64,000 nt of DNA. Origin: Fimbriosthenelais zetlandica (taxonomy: Eukaryota). The DNA lies in NCBI GenBank assembly GCA_977030845.1, contig OZ365109.1:52824001-52888000 (forward strand), written 5' to 3'. A program made the translations under genes and the position numbers. Shown piece by piece: positions 10,801 to 22,800 of this stretch. Every line of letters begins with the position of its first letter. The first letter of the stretch is position 1. Below the pieces are notes generated by a model, which was not told the origin of the DNA, did no database searches, and saw only the letters and a program-made list of their open reading frames with translations.

Positions 10801-13800
10801 ACGGTGAGGTAATAACTAAATATGAATGAAATAAAAAGACTACTTCATATATATACAAAGGTGGTATCTAAATGTATGGTCAACAGTTGATTACAGAAGC
10901 CTAAATAATAACTACGGTGTGATAACGAGTGGAAGGGCAGGGCTGCATGAAGACAATATTAGGCTTCTAGCGCTTTGTAAACTACATTTTTAGACGCATG
11001 GTTTTGATTTGAAAGGCGCGAATAAACAAAACGTGTGTATATAATATATGTGTGTGTATGACAAACAATAGTGCAACAACACTGTGGACAAGGATGACAA
11101 GCACTTTCAAATACAACCCATGGTCTTTTTCAGATAGACTTCCATATTTTTGAAATTTGCCAAGAAGCATAAGGAAATTTCAATGGTTTAATAAGAATAC
11201 GAATTTTCATAATAGTACCAATGGTTTGCGCAGCTGGTACCTTAAGCATTATAATTTATGCCGTCCTTATACCTTAGATGGGATTGAATTTTTTTTCAAC
11301 ATAAGGCAGTTAAAAATAATTTTGTAACATAGAATTAAAAGCTTAAGACTAGGTTCTTCAAACTTATGATCAAAATCAGTCCCATCGCTTAGAAGGACAC
11401 AACACTGTAGTGCATTTACATGCTGAAACATACTTACTCAAAACTGGAAATTTATATTGGTATAAGATCAGGTTAATCAGAAGGAGAGTAGAGTGATTTG
11501 GCGGATTACATATTGGATTCAATCAAAAGGGAATGATTAAATGATTTGATCCGTTAATACCAATACATTGGGATGTCAGGTTACTAATATCATTTTATAA
11601 AACAGACTGAAATCAGATCAATTAAATCAGACAGGAAAAACTAAATAACTAGTTGGATCCTTTTAACCAGGAGGGGAATTAATTGATAACAAAAAAGTAC
11701 TGTAATTTTTTATCAAACACCACGGAGAGGAAAATATAAGCGTTCAATAAATAAGAGGCTGGACTTAACTTACAGATATAAATCATATTCTTAGCAAAGA
11801 CTATAAATAATTGGATACTTTTATGTACATTTTCTAATAGATACAATGTTGAGAATAGAGAGATGTTTTACCATTATTGCTGTCAATGTGCCAGTAGCCA
11901 TTCAGACATGTATCACATTTACGGCCCTCTACATTAGGATGGCAGGCACATTGGCCAGAGTCAGAGCGGCATGTGATGACACTCTCCTCAGGTCGATGAA
12001 TGGTACCGGGCGGGTAACAATCACAGGCTGAAATCAAAAAAAAAATCTCAGTAAATTTTACAATTCCTGATCTCGTGTCAGTATGAAACAGAACTTATTT
12101 TCACTAAAACATCCTAGCATCAACATCATTATTGCATTTAACCAAAATACAGCAATCTCTAGGAATTTTTATAAAGGACCACTCACCTTGGCATTGACCT
12201 TTTGGTAGTTCAAGGGCATCGCCATAGAAACCGGGCAAGCAGCCCTCACAGAAGCGACCTCCAGTGTTGTGAATACACTTTAAACATTCACCAGTAGTTC
12301 TGATAAAAAAAAAATCAAATTAAAATAAAGTCAATGTGAGACAAGACAAATGTTTCTTTTCTTATAACTAAATCTATGTAGGTAACTTACGAGTTACAGT
12401 TGCCCACGGCGTTAGGGTCAATATTGTCGTTACAAACACATCGTTCACAGGGACGACGTGCACCATAACGACCTTCAGGATCTCCAAAGTAGCCATCTGA
12501 ACACTGTTCACAACGGTTACCTACAAGGTGGTTAAAAGTTATTATTCATCAAATTGCAATTCATCCAACCTGTCTTATATCAATCCAAATGTGATCGCAT
12601 TTAGATTCAAATTATGAAGGAATGTCCATAAAAATACTCAGATAGATTTTTATTATTTTAGTAAGTTTTTTCCGTAAAGTTTTGTACCCACCTGTGTAGC
12701 CAGCCCGGCAGTCTATACAGGCCACATCTCCGTCGAGTAGCTCCACACATTCTCCCTGATCAGGACAGGGACATGGTGTACAGTCGTCAGCGTTGCCAGC
12801 CAAGGCGTAACCATAGAAACCAGAGGCACACCTTTCACAGTTATCACCAGCCGTGTTGTGCTGGCAGATGCAGCGACCTAAAATAAGGAACAAAATAATA
12901 TTTTTAACTATTCACTCAAAATTTTATGAACTTAAGCATAAAAAAAGATTTGGCACAGACTGACATTCTACACTTTTGCCTCCAGTTGTGGTCCAATACC
13001 TTTCTTCTTTTCTTTGCCCCTATGCTATCGAAGGTGGACACCACAATTAGCAAGCTCAGGTTGCCTGAATACAGCTTTAGATGGCGACACTACACCGTGG
13101 TTTGGTCATGATACAAAGCTGCAGCGGAAATCTTGTCTGTCCATGCACATTAGGCTCTCAAAAAAACTATGATCATGGAGTGTTTGTCTATATACAAGCT
13201 TACTCTTGGTCCGTTGTGTTATAATTTACTATATGAACCCTATTAAAAGACTTACCAGAGTTGACATCGCAGGAGTCAGAGTGTCCGTTGCAGTTACAGG
13301 GGATACATTTGGCCATGGGTCCTCCGTTTGGTGGGTCACGGTGGTAGCCCGGGGCACACGACTCACAGAACTGACCGATATAACCGTCAGGACACCGACA
13401 CTCCTCAACGTGAGACGCAGCCTCGTGTCCACCACCCTGCCGCGCCGAACCGAGGTGCACATTGTCAATAAATCCTGATCCTGGAAGAAATTTAATACAT
13501 TATCTTAATTTTTATGAAATCTATACTTTTATATCTTATCCTATCTTTATATCTTGTCCTTAATTTATTACTTCAAAAGGCTCCTCGGGGCTCCTTACAG
13601 CCTGTCAAGATTTCGTAGGAAAACTTTCTGCAGCGATTCCTAGTGGCTAACCGTTTACAATTAACAAATGAAAAATTAAAGGACATAGCATAGGACATAG
13701 TTTTTTCAGAGCATCCAAAGAACAGGAGGTCAGTGGTCTGTGGACTGACCAAGACAAGGCAACTCACTGACTTCCTATTTAGGGTGTTGGTTGCACCTGT

Positions 13801-16800
13801 GAAATATCAGGCAACATAGGCATGTATATACATATATGAAGATCCTTGCTGAATCCTTGACCAGGAATGCATCCACAACAATAATGAACATAGTCTATAA
13901 CCAACTATAATTTCTTTTCAATATATCAAGAAAATATGCTATAATTTAAGGCTTGTGAGTATTTTGAAGAAGGGGAAGACTAGATAGACAGACCTCCATC
14001 AGTATAATGTGCCTTGATCTTGATGGCAGTGAGGTTAGACAGCATCCTGATGAAGGAGAAGGAATCCAGCTGTGGAGACCATTGATAGTCAGTATGTTCA
14101 CTCAGTCTGAAGTTGAATGTTTGAGGTACAGTGCGTGGTACAGGGTTACCCTGACTGTAGATGGGTACAGAGGCCCTGTAACCGTCACCCTCAAATACCA
14201 CATCATAACGTGTAGCCCGTGCTCCGTCCTCACCAATAGTCAGATCAAAGCTGAAGTACTGGTTATAGCTGAACCTCTGGTCTCCAAGGAAACGACCTGA
14301 AATGGAAATAATGCATATCTTAACTAAAAAGGAAATAATTTTTGTGTAGTTAGGGAACAGTAATTGGTAGATCAGCAATCTTTGATAACGGAAAATGGAC
14401 TCTATTACACAATGTTTCTACCCACTTATTTTCTTCTCATCATTTCAGAATCGTAAAACGGATGAATCATATTTGAATCAAAAGGACATTTGTTATTCTT
14501 TAATGTTAAGAACTAATTGCAATCCTTACTTGGAGCCATGAAGTAGAGTTCCTCGCCAGGCTTGGAGGTGAGACCAATGTTTCCTATTTGTGGATTATAA
14601 CTGACCTCGGCGTCTCTACCGCTATTGTCCTCTCCCGTCCATCCATGTCTCGCTGGTTAAAAAAAATTAATAAACCATCAATGAATCATTACTAATATTT
14701 CAATTTTTACAAACGAATTACAAATAGGATCTACAAGGATCTACAAGCGTCCTGCTGTGGTAGATTAAGCTCAGACGGTACATCCTTGATATTCAATGAC
14801 AAATAGGCAAGGACAAATATATTTATGTTTTCGTTATTTAAAATGATAAAAAATAAAACTAGTTTACCTGATCTGAAGGCAGAGCTGATGTTGTGAGTGC
14901 CGTATCCTCTAGCTGCGATACAGACTGAAGCATGGCCATAACAGAAGCACGACATACAGCCATATTTGTCCTCAGAGTCCAGATTGAAGAATCCAGGTTT
15001 ACATCTGTGAAAAAACGCAGTTAAATACCCTTATATGAGTTCCAAGTATCTGTGATTGCAGCAGATAAAACCCAAACTTGAGAAAAATGTTGTAAATATA
15101 AAAAAAAATTACTACTCACGATTCACAGTTTTGTCCCTCGACATTTTCCTTACAGGTACAGATTCCTGTGCTAGCCAGACAGACGGGGTTATTATCTAAA
15201 CTACCAGACACCTCACAGGCACAGGGTCTGAAATAAAGAGGACATGCTTTAAAATGAAACTCCATGGATGGTGAATTCTTTAAAACAATTGACATGCCAC
15301 TGTAAATTGTGGTCTAAACTTTTAGCCATTTAAAACTGAGTGTTGAATCAGAATCAACTATCTCATATTTTAACTACTCTAGTAGGATTCATCAAGACGT
15401 AGATTACCTGCATCCAGATGGTCCGAAGTCATAGTAGTTTGCTATACATCTGTCACATTTGTCTCCTGTCACTCCAGGTTTACACCTACACCTTCCAGTT
15501 GTGTCACACTGAGTGTCATAGGAGCCTAGAATCAACAAAACAAAGCATTGAAAAGGATTAACAAGTTATAAAAACAATGCATACTATCGAACTGGTTTCT
15601 TCCTTTCTAAATAACCGTTATTTTTTATCCACACGAGGAAAAAAACATAGTAGCTGTAGAAAGTGGTGAATTAGAGAGGAGGGTGTGGCCAAGACGACGG
15701 AGGGGGATAGATGTAGAAACGGGTAAATAAGAGTTTCTGGGATAGAGGAGGGAGGGAGGGAGATAGCTGTAGAAAGGCGCGAATTAGAGAAGAGGGCGTC
15801 GAAGAAAAGAGGGAGGGAAATAGCTGTAGAAGGGGCGGATAACAGAGGAGAGCGTGGCAGAGAGGACGGATGGAGATAGATGTAGAAAGAGGCGGATAAG
15901 AGAGGAGTTTTTGGAAAGAGGAGGGTGGGAGATAGCTGTAGAAAGGGGCGAATTAGAGGGGAGTGTGTGGGACAGAGCGAGATAGTTGAAGAAAGACCTT
16001 TTAATTCCCTTGTTTCAACCATTTCATCGTTAACTATAAGGAGCAGCTCACCTGTAGCGTCACAGTTGCAGGCCTGGCAGCGCTCGCCCTCGCCCTGCCT
16101 GTAGTAGTTATCTTTACACCGTTCACAGTTCACGCCAGCTGTATTATCACGACAGTCCAGACAGTGTCCGCCGTGACCGGTACGCCGGTACAGGTCCTCA
16201 TCAAAGAAGCACCGGTTAGACAGGCTGTTACAGTTACACGCTGAAAATAGAGAAAAAATGGCCTGTGTAAGTCATTTGCACTTTTCATTTACATGTATAT
16301 AATATTAGGCCATGGATGAGGCCAGAAAGCTTATCACAAAAAGTGTATACACGTGGAAATTTAACCACAGATTTCTAGGAAAGGTAGTGTGCAATTTTGA
16401 CAACAGTCTAAGCGAAGGGTGTATAGTATGTGATCCATAGCTATTCGATCTAAGTAAGGAGAAAGCAACATGAACGGAAGAAAGATAAATTGTATTAACT
16501 GAATTAAACACTTTCTTGGTAAGTACAGAACGTGGAGTTGGCTATTGTTCTTTAACAGACCAAATTAAGATTAACAATCCACTTAAGTTCCTATACCATG
16601 TCGTTTATCCTTCAAATTGAATGGAAAATGAAAACCAGCCTTGCTTTGTACATTGGAAACTCTGACCAAACTAGAAAAAAATGACTTTCACCATATCTGG
16701 ACTTCTTCATCCAAAACATACTGATGTAGTGACAAGATTTTTAACATTTTTCTCTTTAAAGGAAGAGTGTGCTGATTTGTATCACTTGTTTTTGTTGCCA

Positions 16801-19800
16801 TCGAAAGATGACTCATGGAGAATAGATGGAAACAGATGTGGTCATAAAATGCATCATTATGAATCTAAAAAAATGTTTTATTTTTTTTACAATCGCTGCC
16901 TTACTTGAACCATTTACTTGACAATAATTATTTCGGAAGCCCGAAACAGCCGTGAAAACATAGATTGTTAATGATATTTAAATAAAATGTACAATAAACA
17001 AATATCAGGACCTCCTTGAGAAAGTGTCCCAAATGCGGAAATCAGAAATTATTCCTAAAAAATATTCCTCAACTCAACTGAGTAAACAGGACTGGGACTA
17101 GACAATAGAGATCTATTTTTATCTAGTCTTCATTTGAATGACCTGCCGACCTGCCTGGCAATATTCCCTTGGGTGGAGACAATGCTAGACTTTGTAAAGT
17201 AAAAGCTAAGTTCTGATAAGTGTAAAACATAGGGCGCTGGGTGTTTGGTTACCTTTGGTGGTGGCCATGACCCCCCTTAGTTTTTTGTTTGATGTTGAGT
17301 AATGTATATGTAACATAAACCACTGCAGCTCCAGCGTGGACATGTTGGGTGGGAGAGTGGCATCAAATCAAGACTTGTGTTTAGACATGTTCCTCTCAAG
17401 ATGCTGAGAGCTGCAGTCTTAACCTCTTCTAGATTCTACATACATAGGATCTGAGATTGATGTTTAAAAAATGTGTTCCATTCATTTCACTTTAAAGAAA
17501 ATCGCTTGAGAACACTATGCCGGAGAAGAGATACGAGGACAAAAACATTCAAGCTTCTTAGATTATCTAGGTAAAATAAATATCATGATAAGATTCCAGG
17601 TAATGAAAATAAGGCAGCTTTTCTGGAGATTAAAAAAGGTTTTCAAAGGCGCACTGGCAGAAAACCAAAAGTGAATAAAATGGGAAGTAAAATATACAGG
17701 GAGCTGGCTTTTAAAAGGGTCTACAAGTTTGCTAGTTTAAAGGGATGTTTTCGCCATACACTAAAGGGAACAATGTTGTTCCACCATTAGCACGACAGGG
17801 AGAAGAACAGAGCACATGTTCTGGAGGAGAAGTTCAAGTAATTGGCTAATGTAATTTAGTAGGAGTGAAAGGACAACCATTAAAAGATCCGCCCACTACA
17901 ACATTTAAACTAACTGTAACATGAGTGGTTCTTACAACAAGCAAGGGAGAGAGTCCACCCTCTGAACATTGATTCTTGTTTCAAGGTTGAACCAACGAGA
18001 GTAAAATAATTTTACTCTCGTTGGTTGAACTACTGACTGAACTACCGACTAAATCTGCTCATTCTGACGTGCCTATATTATCCATTGTATATATATCCTA
18101 TATAATATAACTGAATCTTCTATTGTGTGCCACTGCTTTTTGTTTTATCAGAGTCATAATCGGGAAGATGCGCAGGGTAATTTGAATCATCAGTATACTC
18201 TTGATCTGGGAGTTATCTGTTAATGGTTTTCCAAGAATCACAATGAAACATGTGCGTATCTATGCTTATATTATAGATATATTATACGTAAAACCATGCG
18301 CAGTTCTGCTTTGTGCATCACCATGCAATAAATTATCATCTCCGCATATAATATTTTCAGCTTTCCAAGCTTTATCTTTCCGCAATATTATTAGTACAAA
18401 AAGAAAATGTGGAAACCCGAGAAAAACATGTGTGATGATGGATTCACTCACGTCTGAGCACAGCCCAACAGCAGTGGACTTTCCAATGATTAACTGCGTT
18501 GGAAAAAAGAATTTTGGGCCCAAAGGCAAAGCCAAATCATGTTGTGACTTCAGGTCTGATTGGAGTATCTCGTGTATAAAGCGACCTCAGATGAACCGTT
18601 CATTTCCCAGACCTAATCAGAGCTCGGAGCAGGCCTAAATAGAGGGGCAATAAAGCTGTAAATACGATACACGGGGGATATCATGGTCCATGGTCGAATC
18701 ATCTCTCCCACATGCCACATAAAAGCTTAATATTGTTGTTTGCTCAAAGAGGAATGATAAAATAATGAACTTTTACGATATTAACTCATCAAAACCGTAC
18801 AAATAAGAGAAAATTACATTAAATGAGACGTTTTTATCAAACTGTACAAGCCCCCTTGGTACTTTTGTACTGTAATGATGGCTATGTGAACATGTTGAGC
18901 CGTTTTTTACTCACGGTGCCATTTGCTACCGTCCCACGCCCAATATCCACAAGACGACGCCACCAACGTCATCACTAACGTGAGACGCAGTGACGTCACA
19001 GCGTCCATGACGAAATCCCAAGGTAGGATAGCAAATCAAAGAGAGATATCGACGCGGGTAATCCAACCAATAATAGACCACTGGTATCTCAGCAAAGGCA
19101 AACTGAAAGACTGAAGGTGGGAGGTGGAGGATTGGGATGGGGAGAGGTGGGAGTTGAACTCTCAATTGGCTTTTATGGCTGCGTCTTGGTGGGTAAGTGG
19201 CTGGGAGAGGAGAGATTAAACCTTCACTGATGGCTACATAAGAGGAGGCATCGCTCTACTATAAAGATAAGAGAGTAAACAGGCCATCGCCAGAGGTAGC
19301 CCCGGGCTGGTTTTTGTTGATCTCTGTTCATTATCACAAGTAAAATACTCTGACTCTTCAACCCCTTCTGCAACATCTTCACAAGCTTATAGCTCGAGTA
19401 GCCAGCCAGTGTACCCATGCCCCGAGTTCAGGGCAAAACCCTTTTAGCAACTAAGTTCAAACCCCTATTAAAATTATATAACATTGAACTAAAATCTTGT
19501 TCAAATAAAATACCTTTGACTGATAATGGGGCCTACACTTTTTTCATAATTATCGCCATAATTAACGCCAATAAGCCACTTTTAAATGGAGAGGCCTTTT
19601 AATATTCTCAAGCAAGGGAAATCCAAAAAATCATTTTGCATCTATAGAACCATTATAAAAGGGTTATATGATAGGAACATTTATGTAGTTTATCAATCCT
19701 ATGACAGGTGATATTAAGGCTCTTACAGCATAGGTGGCAAACAACTGTTGAACATAAAACCTCAACAACAAACCTCAAAAGGATGAGAATGCAATGACTT

Positions 19801-22800
19801 TTTTGTAGTTCCTACCACACACAATGCTCAACAATTTTTATCCCTAAAAACACAATGAGAAAAACCTGATCCAGTGGATGGAATATGTCAGTTTTCTATA
19901 CACTGATTGTTCTCAGAATAAAAAGTTGGGCCTCAGAAAACTGAGGGAAAATAGTAAAAAAAAAATGTCCACAGGCAAGACTCGACTGCTGTGTGGGGGT
20001 TTAAGGGTTGGGGACATACCAGGAGAGAGGCTTTCAGTGGAGGAATGTGACAGCCTATAATATCCTCCTTTGTCATAAAGCCGTGTATACTCCTGTGACT
20101 GTTTACCTTCTGTTTATAGTGATGCTACCTTAAACAAATGCTGAGAAAGCTTCTCATGCTTGCCTCCAGATGTCAGTCCGACGTTACCCTCACACAGAGC
20201 ATGGACAACATTCCTATACTGGGGAAGTGCATTGTGGAAATATTGGACAATAAAAAAATGTAATTTTGAGACGATGGGAAAATCTGTGGCATCAGGTTGA
20301 TCCTGGCTTTTTTGAAGAGAAGACAAAGACACATGACGCGTTGATTTTTGTTGTTGTTGTTGTTGTTTTTTTTTTTTTTTTGTTTTTTTTTGGGGGGGGG
20401 GGGGGGGGGTTGGGGTAACCTCCAGCCAAATATCTACCAAAGAAAGCAATGTAGGCCTATATTCGGAGCAACTCAAAATTTTAATAAGTGAGGTACCTCC
20501 TTTTGCTTTTGAGCAGTTTAACTTTTTCTTTGAATACAAATGGGTTCCATGATGATTCAGACAGATAGTGTGTTGAAGTATTGTCATGAATCCTGACACC
20601 GGGCTGAAAAAGAGGATTGTGGGTATTGACCCCTAACGTCAAACAATGGCTGACGTCCCGCCATGTCATCACTGCTTCGTCACCATGGCAACCGCACCCA
20701 GCCCTCAAGAGTACCACCGCTGATTGGAAGCGATGGCTCAATCTTAGGATGCTCCCATCTGCTGTAAAAATTAAGTTTTTTTCAAAAAAACCTTCGGTAG
20801 AACCAACGAGAGTAAAATAAAGTCGTTGGTAGAACTAAGGAATTTGATGTGCAGGAATTTAGCAATCTCAATTTGAAATACCGGTATATCTTATTTTGCT
20901 CATATATTTATATTATAACTTATATTAGATTCCTGCAGTTTCTTACTCTTAGGAGAAATTCCCCTTCATTTCATATATATTTCAGAAAAGCAGAACAGGA
21001 CGAGTCTATAATTCGGCTAATGCATAAATATGCATTCTACCACCTTAATACATTTCGATGAATTGCTTAGTAGATTTTTCACCTAAAATTGTTATGATTG
21101 ATAGAGATATATGTCAGTGGTTGTCATTCTCACGATTAGTTACAATCTTAGTGTGGTCGGAGGAAAACACAAGAAATAGTAAGACAGAATCAATCAGCAT
21201 GTGAAAAGCTGCCAACACGCCCTGGGTGAGAGTGAGAGGAGGAGAGGAGTGTCCACAGAGAGCCAGAACTGAGGCCTCCATTCATAGAGCCTCACAGACA
21301 CAGATAGAAGCTGGGAAACACTCAAATATTTCTGTCTTCTCCGCGGGGGGACCACTTGACTCGGGCTACTTGCATCAGTCTTGGATCTTGAGTACAATTC
21401 CATTCTGACTCCAGGCCAATCCAGTCCTAAATTCCAATGACTCAAGGAATCTATTGTCATGTATGAATATTTAAGCTGGGCTAACCCAGGGCCCTAAAGT
21501 ATGAGAATGTTTGAAGGAACCCCGACAACTTTGTGATATTGGATTCCAATAGAAAAGGAATTTGTCCGATGTCAGCCATACTGAGTCATACTAAAAGGAA
21601 AACCATTTAATTTATCTCTTTGCCATCTTTTCTCATAATATAAAACAGTAAATTTCCTAAGCAGTGTCCAACGAGAAAACAATTTATTATATTTTCTCAG
21701 GGCTATCTACGTGCTAAACTAAAAGCAGTTCACATGTATACATGAACTGAGGGCAAAAAAGATGCAGCCAAATGTACTCAAATATTCACCAAATGTACTC
21801 GTCTAACAATCAACAAGATCTGATAGTAATCAGATCTGGTTTTTGTGAACAGACAGACCCACTATCAGACAAATGTCCATCAGGAATAAATGCCAGGAAT
21901 GAGTCATATATTATCTGTAAATCATCAAAATCATCTCCTGCATTCGTAAAAACTAGTTTTTATAATCTATTGGACCATGCTATCATCATGGGATATGAAA
22001 ATAGAGAATAGATACATGTCAGGACAAATGGTTGATAAGTATATAATAGGATGGTCTAATTTGGAGGGGAATGAGTCAGGGGAAGATTATGTTGTTGTGT
22101 TTCTATTGTGATATGGTGGTGGGTTGGTGGGGGGGGGGGGGGGGGCAGGGCAGGGGGAGCAGGGGGTGGTCAGTCGTGACTTGTACTAGGTAATGATAAC
22201 AAGGGAGGTCGTGAGGACTGATTGAATCCATCTCTACCTCATCCTACATACACATGTGATAACTACAACCATCACAATGAAAAACTTAACAACTTGTGGG
22301 TGTCTTTCTCCTCAACCAAGAGTATTTGAAGAAAGGTAAAGTTTCAAACACTTGGATGATCTCGTTCTGATGTTCAGTACTCCAATATAACACCAGGTAG
22401 CAGCATCGTCAGTGAGGTGCACAAGTTGAACTTCACTAGTTCAGAACTTGCTTGGTCTTACTCAATTAAAGACGAAAAACACTTAAATCTTGAACATGAA
22501 AAAGGTATAGGGAAGCGTTTGCTCCTGTATGAGCCAGTACGAATTGTAATTTTGAAAATAGAAAGCACATTTCACTTTCATACTAGTTTGAAGCTATAAC
22601 TATGAAGGAGGGAGGTCACCAACGAACCGACCAAGTTGTAATTTATTGGATTCTCCTCCAACGAACCGACCAAGTATGTAATTTATTGGATTCTGTGTCC
22701 CTGAACATGGGTTAATTTGGCAAAAACAATTATATATATTCTCTAGCCCACATTTCTCCTTTAGCCCCATAGGTCAAGGAAATGCTTGAACTTGTATCTA

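Noticed and set aside
15651-15997. CRISPR-like repeat/spacer array (also 52503-52590)
   Set aside because: Anchors are short and degenerate, spacers are related to each other, the context is a eukaryotic intron, and there are no cas genes.
18201-18638. 145-aa ORF as a possible recombinase or transposase of the hairpin-bounded segment
   Set aside because: No recognisable tyrosine-recombinase or DDE motifs; composition looks non-coding.
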